Assembly: GCA_910579755.1 (NCBI GenBank)
Contig: CAJTVB010000011.1
Coordinates: forward strand, 11,742-75,741
Direction: 5' to 3'
Length of the DNA stretch: 64,000 nucleotides
Source of the DNA: an uncultured Acetatifactor sp.
GTDB lineage: Bacteria; Bacillota; Clostridia; Lachnospirales; Lachnospiraceae
In this document: piece by piece, positions 36,119 to 45,329 of the stretch
How positions within the stretch are numbered: position 1 is the stretch's first letter
Layout: every line of letters starts with the position of its first letter
The notes under the pieces: model-generated
Seen by the model: only the letters and a program-made list of their open reading frames with translations
Told to the model about the DNA's origin: nothing
The model's database searches: none
Program-made: the position numbers and the translations under genes

Positions 36119-37330
36119 TTAACGTTTCCTCAGGCAAAAACACCCCGGACTCACCTGTTCCGCCAGCCCCTCCATGCAGAGAAGCATCAGCTGAGTCGTA
36201 ATCGATGCTTCCCGATACCGGTCAGGAAGCCGCTCCCTCAGCCGGTCTGCTGTCTGAGGGCAGATTTCCAACGTGCCATAGACAGCCGCCTGTTCCGGAG
36301 TAAGCTTTTTCACTGCATTCTTTTCCCAGAAGGCTTGTTCCGTTTCGCAGCGTCCTCCAGAGCATTTACTCCTTTCTCCTCTTGTTAATACGGAATTTTT
36401 CTCCTTCCGAGCCTCTTTTGGAGCATCACAGTTTTTCCTTCGCCCCTGAATCTCCCAAAATTCTTCCAAAAACTCCTCCGGCTCCAGCAGTACTCCGGCT
36501 CCCTGCCTGATTAAGCGGTTGCAGCCGTCGCTCAGTCTGTCCGTAATCCGGCCTGGCACTACATACACCTCTTTCCCCTGATCCAGAGCCATATCCACCG
36601 TAATAAGAGTTCCGCTCTTCTCCCGTGCTTCCACCACAACCACCACATCCGCCAGCCCGCTGACAATACGATTCCGGGGAGGAAAATTCTGGGGGCGGGC
36701 CGGCGTCTTCAGCGGATATTCAGAAACTACCGATCCATTCCCCACAAGCCGCTCATACAGCTCTCGATTTCGGGCCGGGTAACACACATCCACACCGCTT
36801 CCCAATACGGCGCAGGACCTGCCTCCGGCATTGATTGCCGCCTGTTGGCTGATGCTGTCAATTCCCCGGGCCATTCCGCTGATCACCTCCACCCCTCGCC
36901 GTCCCAGCACCTCCCCCAGCTTTTCCGCCACATATGCTCCGTATGGCGAACACTCCCGAGCTCCCACTATGGCCACTGCAGGCATATTTTCATCAGGCAG
37001 GCTTCCTTTCACAAAAAGAGCATAGGGCGCATCCGGAATATCCCGAAGCCTCCCGGGATACTCCTGCATTGTCTCTGTTATCAGCCGAATCCCCTGGGCC
37101 TTCATTTTTTCATATTCCTCTTCCAGTCTCCATTGGTTTGTAAAATTTCTCAAGCTCTCCGCCTGTCCGAGGGACAGTATCCCTTCCCACTCTTTAGAAG
37201 ATGCAAAATAAGCACTTCTGGCTCCCCCGAAGGCCTGTGCCAATCTGCATCGGGCATTATTGCTCCAGCCCGGAAAGCTGCACAGCCATAAATCATAAAT
37301 CTGATCCTGCGCCTGTCCGCCAAAATCCAT
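36119..37330 (-). CDS. dprA: DNA processing protein DprA (Smf)
   Basis: The Rossmann-like DprA core contains SGMARGIDSISQQAA. The start at MDFGGQ is preceded by GGAAGGAAGAG, so the ORF-track start at 37489 is probably an over-extension. Confidence 0.85.
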   Translation of the reverse strand: MDFGGQAQDQIYDLWLCSFPGWSNNARCRLAQAFGGARSAYFASSKEWEGILSLGQAESLRNFTNQWRLEEEYEKMKAQGIRLITETMQEYPGRLRDIPDAPYALFVKGSLPDENMPAVAIVGARECSPYGAYVAEKLGEVLGRRGVEVISGMARGIDSISQQAAINAGGRSCAVLGSGVDVCYPARNRELYERLVGNGSVVSEYPLKTPARPQNFPPRNRIVSGLADVVVVVEAREKSGTLITVDMALDQGKEVYVVPGRITDRLSDGCNRLIRQGAGVLLEPEEFLEEFWEIQGRRKNCDAPKEARKEKNSVLTRGERSKCSGGRCETEQAFWEKNAVKKLTPEQAAVYGTLEICPQTADRLRERLPDRYREASITTQLMLLCMEGLAEQVSPGCFCLRKR

Positions 37331-37507
37331 TGTCTCTTCCTTCCGTTTCCCAATATCTTTGTTCTCTTCTTTATGTTCCCTTTCCCCGTTCCTGTTCACT
37401 GATATTATTCTCTTTCCCTGCTCTCCAGTATGCCCCACTCTGATTACCATTATTTTTTGCACCGTATAAATTTTCAGTCTGCAAGACAAAAGAGCTTAAA
37501 GTTTCTC

Positions 37508-39052
37508 TTAGATGCCGCCTGCCATAGGCCGATAGAAACACGCTTCCATCAAATGCTCTTTATCAATCAGCTCTTTTCCCGCCAGATCTGCAATGGTCCG
37601 CGCTACCTTCAGCACCCGGTGGTACGCCCTGGCGCTGAGCCTCAGGCTTCGGTACATCTGCTCCATGCATTCCTGTTCTTCCTTTCCCAGGAAGCAGTAT
37701 TCTTCTATCTTTGCCGCTCCGATGTCCCCGTTAAATCTGCACTCCGAGCCTGCAAACCGCTTTTTCTGTATCTCTCTGGCTCTCAGCACCCGCTCACGGA
37801 TCCGGGCGCTGCTTTCCGCTTTATTTCTATCCTTCAAGCTTCTAATGTCCACAGCTCCAAGCTCCACACAAAGGTCGATCCTGTCCATGACCGGCCCGGA
37901 CACCCGCCCCATATATCTCCTGACGGCGGACTCCTGGCAGCGGCACCGGTTACGGTCCGGGTAATAACCGCAGGGACAAGGATTCATGGCACACACCAGC
38001 ATAAAATCGCTGGGGTAAGTCACACTGCCTCCCGCCCTGGCAATACTGACCTGCCTCTCCTCCAGCGGCTGGCGGAGAGAGTCCAGAGAAATCCGTTGAA
38101 ACTCCGGCAATTCATCTAAAAAAAGGACGCCTCTGTGTGCCAATGAGATCATTCCCGGTCTGGGCTGGCTGCTGCCTCCGATCAAGGCAGCCTGGGTAAT
38201 GGTATGGTGTGGACTCTCAAAGGGACGTTTAGTCATCAGCGGTCTTCCCTCCTCCAGAAGTCCAGCCACACTATGCACAGCCGTTACCTCCAGACTTTCC
38301 TCCAACGTTAAAGGCGGCAGAATCCCGGGAATCCTCCTGGCAATCATAGACTTTCCTGCTCCTGGAGGTCCTGTCATAAGCAGATTGTGAAAACCGGCTG
38401 CCGCGATCTCCGCTGCCCGTTTTGCCGTCTCCTGACCGCTGACTTCCGAAAAATCAGGAATCCCCTCCCGCTGACTCCCTTCCATCAGCTCATCAGCTGC
38501 TGCATCTGCCGAAGGAAGAATACTCTCCTTCCTTTTTTCAGAACGCTCCTCCAGAAAACAAAGTATCTCTCTTATATTTTTCGCTCCTCTCACCCTGATC
38601 CCCGGTATCACAGCCCCTTCTCCTGCATTTGCAGCAGGCACGATGCACTGCTTTATTCCCCTGGCCGCTGCTTCCCGCACAATGGGCAGCACGCCTCTGA
38701 CCTTTTTGATCTCACCGTCCAGTCCCAGCTCTCCCAAAAACAAAATGTTTGATGACGCCCCCGCCGGAAAATAGCCCGAAGACTCCAGCATTCCCACGGC
38801 AATGGGAAGATCAAAGGCTGTGCCGTCCTTTCTCCTGTCTGCCGGGGACAAATTTACCGTGATATGATTGGGAGGGATGCGCAGACCCGCATTCTTTAAA
38901 GCAACCGTCACCCGGTCCCGGGATTCCTTCACTTCTCCGCTCAAATAACCTACCATGGAAAATACCGGCAGTCCCGGAGCAATATCCACCTCCACAGTAA
39001 CCAAGTAGGCAGAAACTCCCAGCAGAGCGCCTGAACAGACCGCACTGTACAA
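37508..39052 (-). CDS. comM: YifB/ComM family Mg-chelatase-like AAA+ ATPase
   Basis: 514 aa. Lon-protease-like N-terminal domain, Walker A GPPGAGKSM, Walker B VLFLDELPEF and a C-terminal zinc motif CPCGYYPDRNRCRC. TTG start preceded by AGGAGG. Confidence 0.9.
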   Translation of the reverse strand: MYSAVCSGALLGVSAYLVTVEVDIAPGLPVFSMVGYLSGEVKESRDRVTVALKNAGLRIPPNHITVNLSPADRRKDGTAFDLPIAVGMLESSGYFPAGASSNILFLGELGLDGEIKKVRGVLPIVREAAARGIKQCIVPAANAGEGAVIPGIRVRGAKNIREILCFLEERSEKRKESILPSADAAADELMEGSQREGIPDFSEVSGQETAKRAAEIAAAGFHNLLMTGPPGAGKSMIARRIPGILPPLTLEESLEVTAVHSVAGLLEEGRPLMTKRPFESPHHTITQAALIGGSSQPRPGMISLAHRGVLFLDELPEFQRISLDSLRQPLEERQVSIARAGGSVTYPSDFMLVCAMNPCPCGYYPDRNRCRCQESAVRRYMGRVSGPVMDRIDLCVELGAVDIRSLKDRNKAESSARIRERVLRAREIQKKRFAGSECRFNGDIGAAKIEEYCFLGKEEQECMEQMYRSLRLSARAYHRVLKVARTIADLAGKELIDKEHLMEACFYRPMAGGI

Positions 39053-39207
39053 ATAGACACCTCCTTTTTACAGAATAACCTCTCTGAATAGCTCTTCTTC
39101 CAAGAGCCCCAAATAACTTCTACGATTATAAATGGCAGAAAACGCCGAAATGCTAAGAATCCCGCGATTTGAAACGCTCCGGAGAGCAGATGCCGGCTCT
39201 CGCGGCA

Positions 39208-39245
39208 TTTGTCAAACAGCCATGCAGACATGGCTGTTTGACAAA
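39208..39245. repeat. Perfect 17-bp inverted repeat with a 4-nt loop
   Basis: TTTGTCAAACAGCCATG (39208-39224), loop caga, CATGGCTGTTTGACAAA (39229-39245). A second 6-bp hairpin, ATGCCG...CGGCAT, lies immediately 5' of it on the plus strand (39190-39208). Confidence 0.9.
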
Positions 39246-39308
39246 CGGCCCGCAGGAATAAATGAATTTTGCGCCTAAAGTACGGCGGCTGAATATCTGA
39301 AAAATAAA

Positions 39309-40349
39309 TTAAATATCAGAATAAGAACGTATGAATCTGTTCTGGGTCTCCTGACTGATCCTTCCTTCCAGAAAAAGCTTTTTTACAGCATCCTCCATGG
39401 CCACCATGCCCTGTTCACCGCTGGCTTTTATGACCTGAGTAAGCTGATAAGTCTTTCCCTCCCGGATCAGGCTGCGCACCTGATCATTCACCAGCAGGAA
39501 TTCAAAAACAGCCGTTCTCCTATTCTCGTCCAGCACCGGAACCATCTGCTGAGCCACTACGGCCTCCAGCACGTTTGCCAGCCGGGCCCGCATCTGCTGC
39601 TGTTGATAGAGAGGAAAGGCACCAATCAACCTGTCCACCGTATCGGCAGTACCGATGGAATGCATGGAAGACAGCACCAGATGTCCTGTCTCAGCCGCCT
39701 GAACAGCCATACTGATGGTTTCAGGGTCACACAGCTCTTCTACCAGAATTACATCCGGGTCCTCCCTGAGTGCCGCACGCAGACCGCTGACATAGTTCTC
39801 ACTGTCCAGGCCAATCTCCCTTTGATTGACCAGTGACTGCTTATGCTGGTGCAGATATTCCACAGGATCCTCCAGCGTAATAATATGAGCCTGTCTGCTG
39901 CTGTTTATCCTGTCTACCATAGCCGCAAGCGTTGTGGATTTGCCGTTTCCCGTAGGTCCCGTAACCAGAACCAGCCCCTGCTCCCTTTCACACAAGCCGT
40001 TCACCGATGCCGGCATACCCAGCTCCTCCAGAGAAGGCACTCTGTTATCCACCAGATGAAATGCCAGCGCCACACTTCCTCTCTGCTTATATACATTGAC
40101 GCGGCATCTTCCGCAGCCCGACAGAGAAAGCGAAAAATCGCATTCGCCCTTCTCTTCAAACCGGATCCTGTGAATCTCTGGCATGATGCTGACCACAATG
40201 TCCAATGTGTCTGCAGGCTGAAGTCTGGCACAATCCATGGCCGCCAGCCGTCCTCCCACTCTCATTCTGGGAGAAATCCCTGCCGCCAGATGCACATCGC
40301 TGGCTCCGGCTTTTCTCGCTTCCTGTAATATTTCATCGATCCCCGGCAT
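39309..40349 (-). CDS. pilT: PilT-type (type IV pilus retraction / type II secretion family) hexameric ATPase, orphan
   Basis: Walker A GPTGNGKSTT, Asp box ITLEDPVEY, Walker B-like DPDVILVEEL and His box AETGHLVLSSMHS. About 346 aa, the size of PilT. The start at MPGIDEIL is preceded by GGAGGAG. Confidence 0.8.
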   Translation of the reverse strand: MPGIDEILQEARKAGASDVHLAAGISPRMRVGGRLAAMDCARLQPADTLDIVVSIMPEIHRIRFEEKGECDFSLSLSGCGRCRVNVYKQRGSVALAFHLVDNRVPSLEELGMPASVNGLCEREQGLVLVTGPTGNGKSTTLAAMVDRINSSRQAHIITLEDPVEYLHQHKQSLVNQREIGLDSENYVSGLRAALREDPDVILVEELCDPETISMAVQAAETGHLVLSSMHSIGTADTVDRLIGAFPLYQQQQMRARLANVLEAVVAQQMVPVLDENRRTAVFEFLLVNDQVRSLIREGKTYQLTQVIKASGEQGMVAMEDAVKKLFLEGRISQETQNRFIRSYSDI

Positions 40350-40416
40350 GTCTCTCCTCCTCATACCTTTGAGAGTTAGTTCTATTCCATCATTATATAC
40401 GCACTGTGTATATAAA

Positions 40417-40914
40417 TCAACCGTTTTTTGAAAATATTACAACTTTTTCCTTCTGCAACTCATCATATGTCCCCCATGCCGCAATTCTTCCAAGAGACAT
40501 AACCAATATTTTGTCATATTGCCGCAGAAGCTCAGGGTTCAGCCGGTGGGTAACCGCAATGATCAGACAATCCTTCTGCAGAAGCAGGCGCTGTTCAATC
40601 TCTTTTGCAGTCAGCTGGTCCAGATTGGCCGTAAATTCATCCAGCAAAAGCACACTGCTTTTCCGCAGAATCGCTCTCGCCAGGCTGATTCTCTGTTTCT
40701 CTCCCCCCGAAAAATTTTTCCCGTTTTCTTCCACCATGGTGAGGATTCCCTCTGGAAGTGAATCAATAAAGTCCTTCAATCCCGCCTCCTCAACCGCACG
40801 GTCAATCTCTTTCTGCGCAAATTCCTGATACAGAGTGATATTATTCCGTACCGTGTCATTGAATAAAAACGTGTCCTGGGAGACCACTCCGATCAGTGCG
40901 CTTCTGGCATGATC
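40417..40914 (-). pseudogene. Remnant: C-terminal half of an ABC-exporter ATPase domain (no Walker A, no membrane domain)
   Basis: IGVVSQDTFLF (Q-loop region), signature FSGGEKQRISLARA, Walker B LLLDEFTANLD and H-loop AVTHR. An in-frame TGA at 40915-40917 cuts off everything upstream. Confidence 0.7.
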
Positions 40915-40937
40915 TCACGAGCCGGAAGCCTCCGAAA

Positions 40938-41315
40938 TCATCCTTTATTTCTGCCATATATTCTTCTGCCCGCTTGACAAATTTTTCTGTGCTTTTCTCC
41001 AGCGATCCCCGAATCTCTGACCTTGAATTCTATAATAATTGCATTCCTATAGCAATGATTTATTACCGCATTATCTGTTCCGTTCTTCGGCTCCATCATC
41101 ACATTATATCTTCCAATACCGCTTCCCCGGTTGGATGTAATAACATAGCGCTCTGCCAGCTCCACCGTCAATCCCAACACAAAGCCGTGATAGAACCTCT
41201 CCGGCTGTGTCTCCATAGAGGGATTTCTTACGCTGTCGAAATAGCTGAATGCCGCCAATGCTGCCCGGTTCATGTAAGCGTCCCCCAAACGCCGCGCCGC
41301 TTTTTGCGCTTGTCC
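40938..41315 (-). pseudogene. Remnant: C-terminal PD-(D/E)XK nuclease module of the AAA-ATPase/PDDEXK_9-type family, truncated and probably frameshifted
   Basis: ERFYHGFVLGLTVELAERYVITSNRGSGIGRYNVMMEPK...IIIEFKV matches the FYHGF...SNRESGxGRYD...EFK pattern of that family as I recall it. The N-terminal ATPase of about 350 aa is missing. Protein-like sequence continues in another frame after EFKVRD. Confidence 0.5.
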
Positions 41316-41370
41316 CTATTATATATATTTTCCAGATAACATACAAGAAAATCATCAAGCCACAGCGCAC

Positions 41371-41427
41371 AAAACAGGACAGAACCAGTGCGGCCAACTG
41401 TGGTCCAACTGATTTTGTCCTGTTTTT
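41371..41427 (-). terminator. Hairpin downstream of the sigK-like gene
   Basis: 11-bp stem AAAACAGGACA / TGTCCTGTTTT (41371-41381 and 41416-41426) with a 34-nt, internally structured loop. There are U-rich ends on both strands. Confidence 0.4.
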
Positions 41428-41453
41428 CTGACATTATTTTGGCTCATTAATGC

Positions 41454-42089
41454 CTACTCCTGCTCAAACTTCTCCCGCAGCTTACCAAGCGCTTTCTTCT
41501 CAATCCGGCTCACATAGCTTCTGGAAATCCCCAATACAGCCCCCACCTCGTTCTGCGTAGCCTCCCGGCTCCCGCTGAGTCCGTAGCGCATGACCAAAAT
41601 CTCTCGTTCCCTGTCAGTAAGACTGTCCTCCATTAAAAGGAACAACTTCTTGATATTTCCGGACAGCTCCATATTTTCAATAATGTCCGGCTGTTGCTGT
41701 TCGATTACGTCCACAAGATGAATCTCGTTACCCTCTTTGTCCTGCCCAATGGGTTCAAACAACGACACCTCCCGGGATGTCTTCTTTTTCCCTCTCAACA
41801 GCATCAGCAGTTCATTATCAATGCACCGGCAGGCATACGTAGCCAGTCTTCCCTTACGGTCATCGAAGGTGTCGATGGCCTTGATCAATCCGATACAGCC
41901 GATGGAAATCAGATCCTCCATGTCCTCTTCCGCATTCTGATATTTTTTTGCAATATGCGCCACCAGGCGCAGATTCCTCTCTATTAAAATCTCCTTTGCC
42001 TGCCTTGCTTCCGCCGGGGAGCCTTCCCGCAGCAGGCGGATACATTCTGCTTCTTCTCCTTGGGTCAGTGGCTTTTGAAAGGTCTTCAA
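41454..42089 (-). CDS. sigK: Sporulation sigma factor, SigK-like (sigma-70 family), with no pro-sequence
   Basis: ERNLRLVAHIAKKYQN, DLISIGCIGLIKAIDTF, LATYACRCIDNELLM, EPIGQDKEGNEIHLVDV and ISRSYVSRIEKKAL. The pattern is closest to B. subtilis SigK (DPIGQDKEGNEISLIDV). TTG start. An in-frame TAA lies 12 codons upstream. Confidence 0.7.
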   Translation of the reverse strand: MKTFQKPLTQGEEAECIRLLREGSPAEARQAKEILIERNLRLVAHIAKKYQNAEEDMEDLISIGCIGLIKAIDTFDDRKGRLATYACRCIDNELLMLLRGKKKTSREVSLFEPIGQDKEGNEIHLVDVIEQQQPDIIENMELSGNIKKLFLLMEDSLTDREREILVMRYGLSGSREATQNEVGAVLGISRSYVSRIEKKALGKLREKFEQE

Positions 42090-42118
42090 AACGAACCCCC
42101 ATGGGTCACTCTTAGTTA

Positions 42119-42145
42119 TAGTTTATGTTTTTTTTGCCCCACGGT
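42119..42145 (-). promoter_or_regulatory. Candidate mother-cell (sigma-K/E-type) promoter upstream of the sigK-like gene
   Basis: The minus strand reads AC-16 nt-CATAAACTA, which fits the sigma-K consensus AC-N16/17-CATA---TA. It lies about 30 nt upstream of the TTG start. Confidence 0.3.
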
Positions 42146-42188
42146 GCCTGACTACCCAATCTTTTCGCAAAAAGGATCATGCTTCCCC

Positions 42189-43352
42189 CTAGTCCAGCAA
42201 AAACTGCGCAAACACATAGTTGCTTAGGTCAAGCCCTCTGTCCGTCAGAGCAAGCATCGCCCCTTCCCCAATCCCCCGATATTCCAACAAGCCATCCGCC
42301 AAATTTTTCTTTATCACCCGGCCATAAATCTCCTCCAGGGACTGTCCAAAGCACTCCTGAAACCTCTGCGGACTGATGCCCTCCGTTCTCCGCAGTCCCA
42401 AAAACATAAATTCCTCCATCTGCTCCCTCCGGCTTAGAGCATGCTCCTCCTGCCGGCAGTTAAGGGGGTTCTCCAGGTAAGCCTGAAGACTGCTGCCATT
42501 TTGAAACCGCACGTTTTGAAGCAACGAGGCGGCGCCGATGCCGAAGCCCAAATAATTCCGGCGGCTCCAGTAGCCGCAGTTATGCCGGCATTCCCGTCCC
42601 TTCAGGGCGTAATTGGAAATCTCATACCGCACATATCCCGCCTGTTCCAGAATACGCCTGGTTTCCACATACATCATTCTGTCTGCCTCTTCCTCCAAAA
42701 GCTCCAGCTTCCCCTCCTCCCACAGGCGGTAAAACTGCGTTCCCTCCTCCAGAATCAGGCTGTAGGCAGAAATATGGCATGGCGGTGGTTTCAGGGACAA
42801 TACCTTTTCCAGGGAAGTCCTCCAGGTCTCCAGGGTCTGGCCGGGCAGTGCACTCATAAGATCCACATTGATATTGTCAAAGCCCTCCGCCAGGGCCTCC
42901 TCATAGGTATTCAGAAACTGCTGCCAGGTGTGAATCCTTCCCAGGGTCGCCAACTCTTCATCGAAGGCGGACTGCAGGCCGATGCTGAGCCGGTTGATTC
43001 CTGCCCTGCGCCAGCAGGCAAGCTTTTGTCGGTCTACCGTGCCCGGATTGGCCTCTATGGTAATCTCCGCACAGGGATCCAGGCAATAATTTTTCCGGAT
43101 GGTCTCCATAAGCTCCAGGATCCGTTCTCCAGCCAGCAGGGAAGGGGTGCCTCCCCCGAAAAAAACAGAAGTCACCTGTAAACCTGCACACTCCTGCGCC
43201 CGCCCTTCCAGTTCAGCCTTCAAGGCCTTTATGTAGGCCTCTCTGATGGACCTGTCCGCCGGCCAGGACAGGAAATCACAATATAGACACTTTTTTACGC
43301 AAAAGGGAATGTGGAGATATAGCTCCAACACTCCCTTTGTCAATTCCTTCAT
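42189..43352 (-). CDS. hemW: Radical SAM heme chaperone HemW (HemN-like, oxygen-independent coproporphyrinogen oxidase family)
   Basis: LYLHIPFCVKKCLYCDF contains the CxxxCxxC motif. 387 aa. It follows lepA as in B. subtilis. Confidence 0.85.
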   Translation of the reverse strand: MKELTKGVLELYLHIPFCVKKCLYCDFLSWPADRSIREAYIKALKAELEGRAQECAGLQVTSVFFGGGTPSLLAGERILELMETIRKNYCLDPCAEITIEANPGTVDRQKLACWRRAGINRLSIGLQSAFDEELATLGRIHTWQQFLNTYEEALAEGFDNINVDLMSALPGQTLETWRTSLEKVLSLKPPPCHISAYSLILEEGTQFYRLWEEGKLELLEEEADRMMYVETRRILEQAGYVRYEISNYALKGRECRHNCGYWSRRNYLGFGIGAASLLQNVRFQNGSSLQAYLENPLNCRQEEHALSRREQMEEFMFLGLRRTEGISPQRFQECFGQSLEEIYGRVIKKNLADGLLEYRGIGEGAMLALTDRGLDLSNYVFAQFLLD

Positions 43353-43410
43353 ATGTTGTGGACTCCTTCATATGCTCTCGCATCTGCAATTTTCGATTAA
43401 TGTTCTATCA

Positions 43411-45216
43411 TCAATCGTCATCCAGCTTCAGTACGCTCATAAAAGCCTTTTGAGGAATCTCCACGCTGCCGATCTGACGCATGCGCTTCTTTCCTTCCTT
43501 CTGCTTTTCCAAGAGCTTCTTCTTCCGGGTAATATCGCCGCCGTAGCATTTTGCAAGCACATCCTTGCGCATGGCTTTCACGGTCTCCCGGGCAATGATC
43601 TTGCCTCCCACCGCCGCCTGGATGGGAATTTCAAACAGGTGTCTGGGAATCTCCTCCTTCAGCTTCTCGCACATTCTCCGGCCCCGCTCATAAGCGGAAT
43701 CCGCATGCACAATAAAGGAAAGCGCGTCCACCTCCTCCCGGTTGATCAAAATATCCAGCTTCACCAGCCGGGACGTCTCATAACCCTTAATGTCATAGTC
43801 AAAGGAGGCATAGCCTCTGGAACGGGATTTCAGGGCATCAAAAAAGTCATAAATAATCTCGTTCAGGGGCAGCTCATATTTTAGCAGCGCTCTGGCGCCC
43901 TCGATATATTCCATTCCCAGATAGCGCCCCCGCCTTTCCTGGCACAGCTCCATGATAGAGCCAATGTATTCGCTGGTCACCATGATCTCTGCAGTGACGA
44001 TAGGCTCCTCCATGTGCTCGATCTCCGAAGGGTCGGGCAGATTGGTGGGATTAGTCAGCTCGATGACCTCGCCGTTTGATTTATATACCTTATACACTAC
44101 GCCGGGAGCCGTGGTCACCAGGTCCAGATTATATTCCCTCTCCAGCCTCTCCTGGATCACCTCCAGATGGAGCAGTCCCAGAAAACCGCAGCGGAATCCA
44201 AATCCCAGGGCCACGGAGGTCTCCGGTTCATACTGCAGGGAAGCATCGTTGAGCTGCAGCTTCTCCAGCGCATCCCGCAAATCGGGGTATTTGGCTCCGT
44301 CCGCAGGATACAGACCACAGTAGACCATGGACTGCACCTTTTTATATCCGGGAAGGGGTTCTGCACAGGGATTTTTATCATCTGTCACCGTATCCCCCAC
44401 GGCTGTATCCTTTACATTTTTAATGGATGCGGTGATATATCCCACCATACCCGCGCTCAGCTCCTGACAGGGAATAAATTGCCCCGCTCCAAAATAGCCT
44501 ACCTCCACCACTTCCTGTCTGGCTCCCGTAGCCATCAGGCGGATCACGGTTCCTTTTTTAACGGTTCCCTCCATGATGCGGCAGAAAATAATGACTCCTT
44601 TGTAGGAATCATACACGGAATCGAAAATCAAGGCCTGAAGCGGCGCACTGGGATCTCCCGCCGGCGCCGGGATCTTCGTCACGATCTGCTCCAGCACCTC
44701 CTCGATGCCGATACCATTCTTGGCAGAAATCAGGGGCGCGTCCTGTGCTTCCAGGCCGATCACGTCCTCGATCTCTTCAATCACCCGCTGAGGCTCCGCA
44801 CTTGGCAGGTCGATCTTGTTGATCACAGGAAATACATCCAGATCATGATCCAGGGCAAGATATACGTTGGCCAGCGTCTGTGCTTCGATCCCCTGGGCGG
44901 CATCCACCACCAGCACTGCGCCGTCGCAGGCCGCCAGAGACCGGCTCACCTCATAGTTAAAATCCACGTGTCCCGGTGTGTCAATCAGATTGAAAATATA
45001 TTCTTCTCCGTCGCAGGCCCTGTATACCGTGCGAACCGTCTGGGCCTTGATGGTAATTCCTCTTTCTCTCTCCAGGTCCATGTTGTCCAGTACCTGATTC
45101 TGCATTTCCCTGCTGGTCAGCAGACCGGTTTTCTCAATAATCCGGTCCGCCAACGTAGATTTTCCATGGTCGATATGTGCAATGATACAAAAGTTACGGA
45201 TTCTGCTCTGATCCAT
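43411..45216 (-). CDS. lepA: Translation elongation factor 4 (LepA)
   Basis: [20 protein letters not shown] and DTPGHVDF. 601 aa with the characteristic LepA C-terminal domain. Confidence 0.97.
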   Translation of the reverse strand: MDQSRIRNFCIIAHIDHGKSTLADRIIEKTGLLTSREMQNQVLDNMDLERERGITIKAQTVRTVYRACDGEEYIFNLIDTPGHVDFNYEVSRSLAACDGAVLVVDAAQGIEAQTLANVYLALDHDLDVFPVINKIDLPSAEPQRVIEEIEDVIGLEAQDAPLISAKNGIGIEEVLEQIVTKIPAPAGDPSAPLQALIFDSVYDSYKGVIIFCRIMEGTVKKGTVIRLMATGARQEVVEVGYFGAGQFIPCQELSAGMVGYITASIKNVKDTAVGDTVTDDKNPCAEPLPGYKKVQSMVYCGLYPADGAKYPDLRDALEKLQLNDASLQYEPETSVALGFGFRCGFLGLLHLEVIQERLEREYNLDLVTTAPGVVYKVYKSNGEVIELTNPTNLPDPSEIEHMEEPIVTAEIMVTSEYIGSIMELCQERRGRYLGMEYIEGARALLKYELPLNEIIYDFFDALKSRSRGYASFDYDIKGYETSRLVKLDILINREEVDALSFIVHADSAYERGRRMCEKLKEEIPRHLFEIPIQAAVGGKIIARETVKAMRKDVLAKCYGGDITRKKKLLEKQKEGKKRMRQIGSVEIPQKAFMSVLKLDDD

Positions 45217-45329
45217 CGATGCTTACGCTCCTCATTCTCCGAATTTCCCATGTCCTGGCCCGGGCGGGCAAAGCCAGCGACTCTATTCAAAGATTGTAGC
45301 AGAATTTAACTCCGTTGTCCAGATATCCA

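Noticed and set aside
38950-39231. A 93-aa minus-strand ORF starting inside the 17-bp palindrome and overlapping the comM start.
   Set aside because: - It has no RBS.
- It begins in the loop of a perfect hairpin.
- It overlaps the well-supported comM start out of frame.
- Its sequence has no recognisable features.
40365-41453. The gene-debris region considered as a possible mobile element or IS.
   Set aside because: I could not find a transposase, integrase, terminal inverted repeats or target-site duplication. Only truncated cellular-type genes are present.
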